Shown here: positions 51,781 to 60,899 of the stretch, one piece after another
Position numbering within the stretch: the first letter of the stretch is position 1
How the letters are laid out: the number at the start of each line of letters is the position of its first letter
Assembly: GCA_963746255.1 (NCBI GenBank)
Contig: CAVVAJ010000001.1
Location: 70,039-134,038, forward strand
Direction: 5' to 3'
Length of the DNA: 64,000 nucleotides
Source of the DNA: an uncultured Chloroflexia bacterium
Lineage (GTDB): Bacteria > Chloroflexota > Anaerolineae > Anaerolineales > UBA4823
The notes under the pieces: model-generated
Database searches by the model: none
The model's input: only the letters and a program-made list of their open reading frames with translations
What the model was told of the DNA's origin: nothing
Made by a program: the position numbers and the translations under genes

Positions 51781-51969
51781 TCATGTCCATATTTTCCATG
51801 CCGTGTTACTGTGGTTGCAGCCGGTTGCAGCAGGATCACTAATCCGCGGCATGAAGTAAGGAGAACAGGCTTGTGTCCAGTTCCGAGTTGGTAAGGTAAA
51901 GGATGTATCCCCGAAATAACCGCATGGGTAGGCGTGTGGTTCATAACTACGGCGGGTTGAAGATTGCAA
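51781..51969 (-). pseudogene. Degenerate relic related to the ComM/YifB-like fragment at 62.5-62.7 kb.
   Basis: SYEPHAYPCGYFGDT... A 17-nt identity (51933-51949) with 62722-62738. Confidence 0.4.
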
Positions 51970-52039
51970 GGAAGTGAGAACAGCACTGATGGATGTGTTC
52001 TACTCCCACCGTTTTTGCTCCTATCGCTACTCTATGTGT

Positions 52040-52110
52040 AACCAACATTTGCAAATCGCGCCGCATACCCCGAGGGCGATAGCCCCGTCTGCGTTTACAC
52101 GGGGTTGGGC
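52040..52110 (-). mobile_element. Possible short attC-like site.
   Basis: Minus strand reads GCCCAAC...GTTGGTT with partial arm pairing (TGTAAACGC / GCGATTTGCA). Confidence 0.3.
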
Positions 52111-52218
52111 CGCATCACACTCAATAATTATTGTAATTTTCGAATTCGCGTGAAGCACCTGCTCGTAATCTCACAAATGAAATGTTATTGTGGTTTTCGA
52201 AGGGTTAATTATTTACAC

Positions 52219-52659
52219 TTACCTTGAACTTAATCTGGCCAGTAACGCATCCGACCAGGGACTTAACAATGCAACCAGGATGATGATATCTACCACTACT
52301 GCAGATACCTTCGACATAATTCCCGGCGTAAAGGTATTCCACCATGGAATGACGGCTAGCAAAGACAGAATCGATGCGATTATTGCAATCGACGGCCACC
52401 AAGATTGGTTTGCTATCAATCTGACCGCCGCAGTAAAAAATCCGATCATGGCTAACAGCCAAAAGATACCAAAAACCTTACCAAGAGCTGATTGAATGAA
52501 TACACCATTGGAAAACATCCATGGCAATTTGTTGAATGAAGGTTCGGAAAAAGGTTGCCAATTCGTCCAGGTTCCCACAAAACCCATTATGTGCCCGATG
52601 CCATGACCAACCAGGATGATGGCAATTATGATGCGAAGAATCATCAATTTTCTCCTCAC
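52219..52659 (-). CDS. Hypothetical 4-TM membrane protein.
   Basis: 146-aa hydrophobic ORF. Starts about 50 nt after an attC-like core site. Confidence 0.6.
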   Translation of the reverse strand: MRRKLMILRIIIAIILVGHGIGHIMGFVGTWTNWQPFSEPSFNKLPWMFSNGVFIQSALGKVFGIFWLLAMIGFFTAAVRLIANQSWWPSIAIIASILSLLAVIPWWNTFTPGIMSKVSAVVVDIIILVALLSPWSDALLARLSSR

Positions 52660-52710
52660 TTCTCAATTTACTTTAATTTATATGAAATTTGTGCGCGATA
52701 TTTTGAGGCT

Positions 52711-52809
52711 GCCTAACGTTCCGCTTCAGCCGCGGGCTTCGCTGGCGCGGACCTTTCCCAAGCAAGGGCCGTGACAGGGAGAACCGTCTGCTGCAAACAG
52801 TGGTTAGGC
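52711..52809 (-). mobile_element. attC-like recombination site (99 nt, top strand minus).
   Basis: GCCTAAC...GTTAGGC on both strands. The TAA stop of 52804..53532 lies inside GCCTAAC. Confidence 0.45.
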
Positions 52810-53532
52810 TGAAGCCAGCTCAATTACATTGGTACCATCATAAAACAAAATGCATTTATCATACGTGGTTCTAAATAAATTAGTGAATATTCCTTCATCC
52901 AAATCGGAATATGAAGCTACATTGTCACCTCGTATCTCAATAATTAAAACAAGTTCATCACACTCGTACTTATCTGGTGGGACTTTGAGATCCTTTCGAG
53001 AGATTTCATCTTGAATATGTTTTGAATTAATCATTGGAACCCATCCTGATGTGATTGGTTTGCATGAATGACTTGTTATTACGGGAGAACGCATAAGCTT
53101 AACGATTCGAACTTGAGATGAATATGGAATATCTATAGAGAGGACTTCAGAGATCGGTATCCTTTCATCATTCTGTATCACAGTTTGAATAATTTCTTCA
53201 GCTAAAGATGGCAATATTTTTTTCGAAAGGGGATTGTTACGAAAGTGAAGGAATATTTTGGTTGGAATGAAAGCAATATGTGTTAATTTGCTCTCAACAA
53301 GATTACATAATTTATTTCTAAGCCCCTCCTGCTCCACCCACAAAACTCCATCATGGTCATGTGTTTGATAATATGTTGTCAGTTCAATTCCAATTTTGAT
53401 CCCTTCTGGTGTTGTCAGTATAAAATCTGGTGGATCTTCGTCTACAATATCTCCAGTGGGGAATTTGCTCCATATTTCTTTAACTTTCGAAAGAACTTGT
53501 TTTTCGCGTTCTTTTTTATGTACTTGATTCAT
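52804..53532 (-). CDS. Hypothetical protein (242 aa), low GC. Weak PD-(D/E)xK-like motif.
   Basis: DPPDFILTTPEGIKIGIELT. Otherwise no family recognised. Confidence 0.5.
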   Translation of the reverse strand: MNQVHKKEREKQVLSKVKEIWSKFPTGDIVDEDPPDFILTTPEGIKIGIELTTYYQTHDHDGVLWVEQEGLRNKLCNLVESKLTHIAFIPTKIFLHFRNNPLSKKILPSLAEEIIQTVIQNDERIPISEVLSIDIPYSSQVRIVKLMRSPVITSHSCKPITSGWVPMINSKHIQDEISRKDLKVPPDKYECDELVLIIEIRGDNVASYSDLDEGIFTNLFRTTYDKCILFYDGTNVIELASA

Positions 53533-53610
53533 AATTCACTTTTCTTGCTGGCGAACCAGCCCAACTCGTGATCCGAACGCCTTAGGCACACTAGAACTTA
53601 TAGATTCCAG

Positions 53611-53802
53611 TCAGCCCAAAATATTTAGGCCGCCAAAGATTAACAAAACCGCCCACGCAAACAGTTGCATGAGCGGCTCCAATGTTATTCTATGATTGCC
53701 ACGCACCCGCCTGCGTGTGCCATAACGGACATACCAATAGCACAGCCCGTTTTTGTTGTTATTCAAAGTATAGATGATATTTTCAATCCTCACAAGTAAC
53801 AT
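53611..53802 (-). CDS. Small tail-anchored protein (63 aa) inside duplicated unit A.
   Basis: C-terminal TM LFAWAVLLIFGGLNILG. Copy B carries a premature stop. Confidence 0.35.
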   Translation of the reverse strand: MLLVRIENIIYTLNNNKNGLCYWYVRYGTRRRVRGNHRITLEPLMQLFAWAVLLIFGGLNILG

Positions 53803-53825
53803 TCCTCCAATTCATCAAGTCGTCA

Positions 53826-54107
53826 TTAGAATGTCACATCCCCATCAATTGACTCCCACTTATCCTCATCCCACGACTGCTCTACAGGCAGCGGCCACAA
53901 TCGCATCATCTCCATCTGGGGGCAAGTTATAACCAATGTATTCACAGGTTGAGCGGGTGGGGTGTAATATTGCAACTCGCAATTACCAGGGAGATGCATC
54001 GCTGTAATGCCTTCTGCGACATGGAACGTCCTTTGGGCCATTACAGGGTAGGCCTGCAGGAAGGTGAGTAAAGCGATGACAAGTACTAAAATAACTGCAT
54101 CCCACAA
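53826..54107 (-). CDS. Small secreted protein (93 aa, two Cys) inside duplicated unit A.
   Basis: Signal-like N-terminus ...LQAYPVMAQ. TTG start. Conserved in copy B. Confidence 0.5.
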   Translation of the reverse strand: MWDAVILVLVIALLTFLQAYPVMAQRTFHVAEGITAMHLPGNCELQYYTPPAQPVNTLVITCPQMEMMRLWPLPVEQSWDEDKWESIDGDVTF

Positions 54108-54347
54108 GTCGGGTGCACGCTATGTTAGGCGGCTCTCACCTGCATAGCCAAGCCGTACAATCCTTTCAACTGTCGGGCAACAGTGAGCGAAATGAGCTGA
54201 ACCGTGAATGACCAGTTAGGCGTAGTGCTGCGTAGCATCGTAACCTTAGGTATTTTGGGAGAGCATATGAAAAGCGATAGCAGTCCCAATAAAAATTAGG
54301 TTTATTCGTGCTCAACAAGTATAAAATTTGTGTTTGCCAATGCAGAA

Positions 54348-55251
54348 TTATATAAGCTTACCGGCGATTTGAACTGTTTTTTCGTCTTTGCATAAATCCA
54401 GGCTGATGTTCCATAATTTATCTTGCAGTTTTTTGTCAGTCGCGTAGTCATCTTGTTTCATCTCGGTAAACTTATTGTTTTTCCAGGTGATAAATTTTCC
54501 AGATTTCTTCAGAACTCTCTTCCTGGCTTTCTGTGAACAAAGGGGACATGATCGTTCCGCATTCCTCAATGGAAATAAATGTGCCGAAAAGTTTCATCAT
54601 CGTTGCCATTGTTTTCATGAAAAATGGAATAATATTGATTTGATTAGTCCACACAGTTTTTGAGATTTCAAATCCAATGAAAGACACTCTTGAGTCATTT
54701 GTTTTCTTATAAATATTATGCATGCGATCGCAAAACATTCTTTTAGCAACCATTGCCTGATGGATACCATCTTCATAACCCCATTTTTTCTTCATCTGCA
54801 TGTCATCCCAAAATATTTCGCCCCCCTCAGTGACGTTGAAGATCACCCTGCCTCCAAATTCGGATTTCTCCAATAGATCCAACAAGTTCAAAGTCAACAT
54901 GAATTGAGACAAATAATTGACCTGGAAATGTGGATCCAATCCATCTTCGGTTTCTATACGTTTCGCAGCGTAACCCAAGCCGGCATTGACGAATAAGCCG
55001 TCTAGAAACTCATGTTGACTATGAATCTCCTTGATTGCATTTCGAACTTCACTGAGTTTAGTGAGATCACATAAAACCATGGATATCTTATTGTTTTTAG
55101 TAGTGGCTTCAAGTTCTTTGATCGTAGCTTCACCACGTTCTTTGGATCTGCACAGTATGATGATTTCATGAAGTTGATCGTCAATTCCAGCTAAAACTTG
55201 TGCAACTCCTTTCCCCATTCCATTGGTGCCTCCCGTTACTAATACTTTCAT
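54348..55251 (-). CDS. SDR-family oxidoreductase. Frameshift near 54480-54560.
   Basis: VTGGTNGMGKG. The C-terminus continues in ORF 54348..54569 (SGKFITWKNNKFTEM...LWNISLDLC). Confidence 0.75.
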
Positions 55252-55407
55252 GTTGCAATCTCCTCTGCTGCGTTTCTTTTTATGCTATGTGTGCCTACTG
55301 GACCTCCGACTCCGCCCAAGTTGGAGTTGGGGGACATGTAGCGACTAGTGTAATCTGATGTCAGTATGGACATATGTTACCTCAAAATCTTTTACATAAT
55401 CAAAATG

Positions 55408-55532
55408 GCCTAACGAGCTATTCAGCGGCTTGGCGTTTTGGCTCCGATTGAATTTTACACCCAATCCAAACTTAGATTTTAGCGCCGCTTATCACCTTGG
55501 CGTAGCCAAGTCGGCTGCAATTTGGGTTGGGC
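55408..55532 (-). mobile_element. attC-like recombination site (125 nt, top strand minus).
   Basis: Minus strand reads GCCCAAC (6 nt after the stop) ... GTTAGGC. Arm ATTGCAGCCGACTTGGC pairs with GCCAAGCCGCTGAAT, leaving an unpaired A. Confidence 0.55.
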
Positions 55533-55538
55533 CGCCCG

Positions 55539-56297
55539 TTATCTACCAAAACCAGCCTTCTTGAACACATAAATCGACCACCCAATTGTCTCCCGCCCCC
55601 ACCTCAAGTAGTTCTCCCGATTCTCCCCTACTCGCTTCAACACCTCTCCCACGTCAGGATCGTCCGGATGCTCACTTGCCCACTCCGTCGCCGCATACCA
55701 CTGCAATCCCTCATATCTGTCCCAATCATCCTGGTTGCTTACCAACGTGTAGACCAGCTCTAGCCCGAGCTTTTGTCCTGCCTCCACATTCTCGTAGTGC
55801 GTCCCAAACGTGCTCCGTTCTTCTCCGATGGCTTCCAAATACTCTGCTACTGGTTCTTGTCGCCAGTATGGTTCCCCCACGACCACCCAGCTTCCGAGGG
55901 CTGCCATCTCGTTCAGCGCCTTGAGTGTTCCTTCGTGGCTGCCATAGATCCAGCTCGCTCCAATGCAGGCTACTAGATCAAAACTCTCCGGCTCCTCCAC
56001 CTCATAATCCGCCCCATCCATTTCCAAGAACGTCAACTGAGCATCTGGAACACGTTCTTTATACTTTTCCTCGGCATCCGAAACACAGTACGGCGAGAGA
56101 TCGATCCCTATTCCTCCAATCTTATACCGTTCCGCCAGCCGGATGATGAACTCACCCTTACCCATGGCAATCTCAAGCACTTGTGCTCCAGGCTTCAACC
56201 GCAGCAGAGCAATGAGTTCCTCAAATTTCTCAACACTCATCGGGTTACAGAGAACGTGTTCCCGATGTGTTATATCAAAATACTTCCATCGGTCCAT
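55539..56297 (-). CDS. Class I SAM-dependent methyltransferase.
   Basis: RBS caggagg. MDRWKYFDITH...VLEIAMGKGEFIIRLAE. Paralogue of 27013..27531. Confidence 0.85.
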   Translation of the reverse strand: MDRWKYFDITHREHVLCNPMSVEKFEELIALLRLKPGAQVLEIAMGKGEFIIRLAERYKIGGIGIDLSPYCVSDAEEKYKERVPDAQLTFLEMDGADYEVEEPESFDLVACIGASWIYGSHEGTLKALNEMAALGSWVVVGEPYWRQEPVAEYLEAIGEERSTFGTHYENVEAGQKLGLELVYTLVSNQDDWDRYEGLQWYAATEWASEHPDDPDVGEVLKRVGENRENYLRWGRETIGWSIYVFKKAGFGR

Positions 56298-56327
56298 CTT
56301 CAACCTCCTGTCAAATGGGCGGCCCAA

Positions 56328-56943
56328 CTCGTGATTAGAACGCCTTAGGCACACTAGAACTTATAGATTCCAGTCAGCCTAAAATATTTAGGCCGCCAAA
56401 GATTAACAAAACCGCCCACACAAACAGCTACATGAGCGGCTCCAACGTTATTCTATGGTTGCCACGCACCCGCCTGCGTGTGCCATAACGGACAGACCAA
56501 TAGCATAGCCCGTTTTTGTTGTTAGTCAAAGTATAGATGAAATTATCAATCCCCACAAGCGACATACCTCCAATTCATCAACACGTCTTCAGAATGTTAC
56601 ATCCCCATTAATTGACTTCCACTTATCCTCATCCCACGACTGCCGCACAGGCAGCGGCCACAATCGCATCATCTCCATCCCAGGGCAAGTTAGCACCAAC
56701 GTATTCACGGGTTGAGCGGGCGGGGTGTAATATTGCAACTCGCAATTGCCAGGGAGGTGCATCGCTGTTATGCCTTCTGCGACATGGAACGTCCTTTGGG
56801 CCATTACAGGGTAGGCCTGCAGGAAGGTGAGTAAAGCGATGACAAGTACTAAGATAACCGCATCCCACAAGTCGGGTGCACGCTATGTTAGGCGGCTCTC
56901 ACCTGCATAGCCAAGCCGTACAATCCTTTCAACTGTCGGGCAA
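56328..56943 (-). repeat. 616-nt duplicated unit, copy B.
   Basis: See 53565..54180. Confidence 0.85.
56589..56870 (-). CDS. Small secreted protein (93 aa), copy B.
   Basis: 88 of 93 residues identical to 53826..54107. Confidence 0.5.
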   Translation of the reverse strand: MWDAVILVLVIALLTFLQAYPVMAQRTFHVAEGITAMHLPGNCELQYYTPPAQPVNTLVLTCPGMEMMRLWPLPVRQSWDEDKWKSINGDVTF

Positions 56944-57355
56944 CAGCTACAGCTCAAGAAGCAATTAGAGCCGAACAAGAGGCACTTGAGAAAAGGTATG
57001 AGAACCTATATTCAACGGCTAAAGATCAAGGCATAAATATTATCAAATCTTCCGACTTGATTACCAACGACTCCAGTGTAGTTAAATTTCATTATTCAGA
57101 AAAGATGTTTAATTTAATGAAAGTAAGTAGACCCGGGATTCCACGTCGCAATAATTATACTTATATTTTCATCCAAACAGGTGATAATGTTGGGTGGGAC
57201 TTGCTTAAGTTTTGTGTTGTTTTCACCATTTTCGATAATTTTTTAGCGATCAATTTCATGTATCGTTTCAGAGCCCGTGAGACAGATTTAGAGGGAAAAA
57301 GAATGGAGACTTCTTAGCCAAGGAACTCAGGTAAGATAAACAGAAGGAGACCAAA

Positions 57356-57475
57356 ATGGCTAAGAAGAAAGAGAGTGTAGAACAAACAGTCCGCAATATT
57401 CGGAGGAAAACGCGCAAGCAGTATTCGTCCGAGGAGAAGATCCGCATAGTCTTAGAGGGCTTGAGAGGGGAGAGG
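57356..57475 (+). mobile_element. N-terminal fragment of an IS3-family transposase OrfA.
   Basis: MAKKKESVEQTVRNIRRKTRKQYSSEEKIRIVLEGLRGE, then unrelated sequence. Confidence 0.65.
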
Positions 57476-57773
57476 GGTATATATGCTATAATATTTCTCG
57501 TGAAAGAAAAACCGGACCGTGGAGCCAGTGGGACTGGTTTTAACAAGCCCGGAACGGCACACGCAGAAGGGTGCGTGAATGTCCTAGAAATGGTACTGAT
57601 ACGCTATTCCATCCCAGATTTTTTCCGGTATGCTTTTTATAACGGCTCTTTGATAAGCAATTATTTTTTGGATAATAGCGGAGGTTTGGAGGATAGAAAA
57701 ATATCTGTTTGGTAAGTCATGTGTCGGATGATAATGAATTGAATTGCCAATTCGATTTGTGGAGGAGTCGAAA

Positions 57774-59072
57774 ATGTTTCGTAAAAAAGTTTCTTTTGTT
57801 ATTATGTTCGTCTTGTTGGTGATACTAGCTGTCGGCATTGGCTTGCTAAAAGTCTCAACTTCCCAAGCGGCAAGGCTGTGGGGAAAGGAGGGGCAGTTGA
57901 ACGCACTCTTATCTCCGCCGTTGAGCGATTTTCTTCATATCTGGACCGGCGATGGCGTAGACAACTTGATGCCAGCAGTCGCATATAACAGCAAGCATGA
58001 TGAATATCTGGTTGTCTGGGAAAATGACCGTGGGGCAACCCGGGATATCTATGCCCGGCGCGTTGCCGGCGATGGAACTTTAAGAAGCTGGTTCACCATC
58101 GTTTCAGATGCGAACAAATGGAATTGGTTGCCTGATGTGGTTTACAATCCGGCTGAAGACGAGTATTTGATTGTCTATACTTATAAATACAACACAAGCG
58201 AATATGATATTTACGCTAGGCGCGTTAAGTGGGATGGAAGTTGGATGAGTAATGAATTTGTCGTTAATTTGGACCCCGGTATGCAATGGGAACCTGCCGT
58301 AGCGTACAACAGCCAGAATAACGAGTATCTGGTGGTTTATGAGAATTATTGGTCCGGCACTATGCGCGATATTGCCGCCCAGCGTGTAGCCGCGGATGGA
58401 ACCTTGTTAAGCTGGCGTAATATTTCCTCCGCGGCGAATACGGTGCGCCGCCTGCCTGATGTGGCTTATAACGCCACAAACAATGAGTATTTGATTGCCT
58501 ATACCTATCAGTATCCTACGGAAGGGGATATTTTGGGCAAGATCAGTTCAGCCAACATGGGAACTCTTGGCAGTGAAATTAAAATTGTCGATAACACAAA
58601 TGATCAGGATAGCGTTGCCTTGACTGCGGCCGCAGATGAGTTTTTTGCCGTTTGGAATGATGGAACACCTACGCAAGGAACAATCTACGGCAGACGAATT
58701 AGCGGAACCTACGCTCTGCAACCCTATATCCCCATCGCCAATCATTCCGGCAAGAATGATGTTGAACCGGATGTCGCTTTTGGGCCTGCTTATGGGTATC
58801 TGGTTGTTTGGCGACATATGCCGTCGTTAACGGAATGGGATGTATATGGACGTTTTGTGGAGGTTGGGCAAAATATAGCCGCGGGGAGCGAGTTTGTTAT
58901 AGATAATGAAGTGGGGACTAATCAAAAATCTCCTGCAGCTGCTTGTGCCGCTTCTGGCCAATGCCTTGTGGTTGAGGAGGATAATTCGTCCATGGGCGGA
59001 CCCGTTGATTATGAGATTCGAGGGCGTTTTATTGAGTTGTATTCGATTTTCCTACCAGTTGTGGTGAAATAA
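57774..59072 (+). CDS. Secreted protein with seven ~50-aa VVWE-type repeats (paralogous module to 11560..15030). It ends in IFLPVVVK.
   Basis: RBS ggagg. Signal/TM MFRKKVSFVIMFVLLVILAVGIGLL. Repeats PAVAYNSKHDEYLVVWEND...DIYARRV. Confidence 0.75.
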   Translation: MFRKKVSFVIMFVLLVILAVGIGLLKVSTSQAARLWGKEGQLNALLSPPLSDFLHIWTGDGVDNLMPAVAYNSKHDEYLVVWENDRGATRDIYARRVAGDGTLRSWFTIVSDANKWNWLPDVVYNPAEDEYLIVYTYKYNTSEYDIYARRVKWDGSWMSNEFVVNLDPGMQWEPAVAYNSQNNEYLVVYENYWSGTMRDIAAQRVAADGTLLSWRNISSAANTVRRLPDVAYNATNNEYLIAYTYQYPTEGDILGKISSANMGTLGSEIKIVDNTNDQDSVALTAAADEFFAVWNDGTPTQGTIYGRRISGTYALQPYIPIANHSGKNDVEPDVAFGPAYGYLVVWRHMPSLTEWDVYGRFVEVGQNIAAGSEFVIDNEVGTNQKSPAAACAASGQCLVVEEDNSSMGGPVDYEIRGRFIELYSIFLPVVVK

Positions 59073-59145
59073 CTTGATCGAGTTTTGGGATTATGATTCT
59101 TCCAAGTGGTAATTCGGCCGAATTCACGACGCCCGTCGCCGTGAG

Positions 59146-59549
59146 ATGACCCCTCCACCTCCACTTCCTAGTCCCACCCCACCCACGCCTGAGCCATCCC
59201 CTGAACCCGAAGTCGATGTCCGCATTTCCTTCATCTTCTACGACGGCGTTGTGCCCTATGTTGAGAGTGATGAGTATGCCCAGATCACGAACAATGGGAC
59301 AGGGATCGTGGACTTGCAGGGCTGGCGATTGAACGCAGGTGACCCAGGGCAGGACTTCGTCTTCCCCAGCTACATACATCCAGCCAGGGCAGTCCTGTCG
59401 GGTTTACACCAACGAGTACCACCCTGAATCTTGCGGATTTAGCTTTGGTAGTGGCACCGCGATTATGGAGTAACAGCGGAGACTGTGGGTACTTGTATAA
59501 CGATGATGGGGGTCTTGAGGACGAGTACTGCTATAATCAATTATCGTGA
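59146..59549 (+). pseudogene. Lamin-tail-domain (LTD) protein, frameshifted twice and lacking a signal peptide.
   Basis: SDEYAQITNNGTGIVDLQGWRLNAGD..., then by frame hops ...CRVYTNEYH...IWSNSGDCGYLYNDDGGLEDEYCY. Confidence 0.6.
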
Positions 59550-59551
59550 TG

Positions 59552-59711
59552 GTTTAACGGATAAGCTCCAGTATTTCACATTATCCACAGAATTTGTGCT
59601 GATAATATTCTTCTGAGAGACATTATCCAAATCTTATACCGATTTTGATTCGTATAAAATCTATTTGGTTGATTTCGCGCATTAAGCTGTTGGGTTATCA
59701 ACCCGTTAGGT
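59552..59711 (+). mobile_element. Possible attC-like site (AT-rich, weak arms).
   Basis: GTTTAAC 3 nt after the stop ... GTTAGGT. Only R-box and short arm pairing. Confidence 0.3.
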
Positions 59712-59745
59712 GCACGAAAGAAATCACGCAGAAAAAATCTACCAT

Positions 59746-60657
59746 ATGTCAAAAAATATTCGGGAGGGACTTACTCTAGCAGGAATTCGATTCTGGACAG
59801 CTTCATTACTTCCAGCTTTCGTTGGTACAACATTACCTTTTTGGCTTCAGCCACCCAATTTTTCTTTTAGGCTTCCCGCAGCAATCGAATTTCTTTTAGC
59901 AACTGTGTTATTTCATTCAGGCTTTTCTTTTCTATTAGCCTGGTTTGAAGGTAATCACCCTGAAAATTGGTCAAAAGAAAGAATCCTTGTATCTGCAGGA
60001 GTTTGTATTAGTTTAGCGTGCATAATTGGATTTCATATCAATTTCAACCTACAACTCAATTCAAATGTATATGACGGTATTTTTCTGGTTTATGGCTTTT
60101 GTGCACTCCTTGTAGGTGTACTCTATGTTTTCCCACCAATTATCTTTTATCGTCAAGTCGGTGGAGAAATTGTTATCTCTTACAGCCTGGGATTGTTGCC
60201 AATTCTAGGAGCCTATGTTGTCCAGGCTGGTGATATTTCTCGCACAGTATATTTGGCGGCATTACCCATAATTGTTATTACGGGTTTATGGATTTGGATC
60301 AACGAAATGGCAAATTACTCAATAAGTGAGAAATCTGGACGCAAAACATTGGTAACTTACTTTGGGCTCCGCTTCTCTGGACGGGTTGGGGTTCTTTTAA
60401 TTGCCATGATTTATTTTCTCGCTTTGTTGCTCGCGGTGTTTTCCGCTTCGGTAAACCCCTTGACACTGGTTTCTTTGCTATTCATTGTACCTATCTGGAA
60501 AATTGTAAAAAAAGCAAGGCACAATTATTCAATTTTGGATCAAATGCTTCATGCCAGAAATAATACCGCTGTTTTACATGCGGCAACTTGCCTCACCATT
60601 GCATTAACTTCCCCGATCACCTGGATTTCGGTCCCGATCCCTGTTTTATCATGGTAG
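59746..60657 (+). CDS. UbiA/MenA-like polytopic membrane protein lacking both Asp-rich motifs.
   Basis: RFWTASLLPAFVGTTLPFW and WINEMANYSISEKSGRKTLVTYFG parallel MenA segments, but NDYxD and NxxRDxxxD are replaced. The start is uncertain (GTG at 59710 is possible). Confidence 0.45.
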   Translation: MSKNIREGLTLAGIRFWTASLLPAFVGTTLPFWLQPPNFSFRLPAAIEFLLATVLFHSGFSFLLAWFEGNHPENWSKERILVSAGVCISLACIIGFHINFNLQLNSNVYDGIFLVYGFCALLVGVLYVFPPIIFYRQVGGEIVISYSLGLLPILGAYVVQAGDISRTVYLAALPIIVITGLWIWINEMANYSISEKSGRKTLVTYFGLRFSGRVGVLLIAMIYFLALLLAVFSASVNPLTLVSLLFIVPIWKIVKKARHNYSILDQMLHARNNTAVLHAATCLTIALTSPITWISVPIPVLSW

Positions 60658-60686
60658 GATGAGAATCAAATACCAGATACCTATGC

Positions 60687-60808
60687 ACCAAACCCCGCGT
60701 TAACCTGACCTGCTGCGCAGCGAGAACCGGCGCGGCAAAATGCAATCCTTGGCACTGAATAAACAGCTTTCGGAGCTAAAACGCAGGCAGGTTACGCCCT
60801 CGTTAGGC
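60687..60808 (+). mobile_element. attC-like recombination site (122 nt).
   Basis: ACCAAAC...GTTAGGC. Arm GCGTTAACCTGACCTGCTGCG pairs with CGCAGGCAGGTTACGC, leaving three unpaired bases on the 5' arm. Confidence 0.5.
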
Positions 60809-60899
60809 TGCAATAGCACAAGCGAATATTAATAATTTCAGAACTGCAGGAGGATACACCATTGGGAACGTGGATTAGTCATCGAAATGGGAGTGCATT

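Larger units (their letters stand above)
53565..54180 (-). repeat. 616-nt duplicated unit, copy A, bounded on both sides by GTTRRRY-type core sites.
   Basis: About 93% identical to 56328..56943 and exactly the same length. Confidence 0.85.

Noticed and set aside
53565-54180. The 616-nt duplicated unit as an ORF-less group IIC-attC intron inserted in an attC site.
   Set aside because: I found no domain V/VI-like sequence or GUGYG 5' end. The GCGTGCAC that resembles an intron 5' end is part of the attC arm consensus shared by uninterrupted sites.
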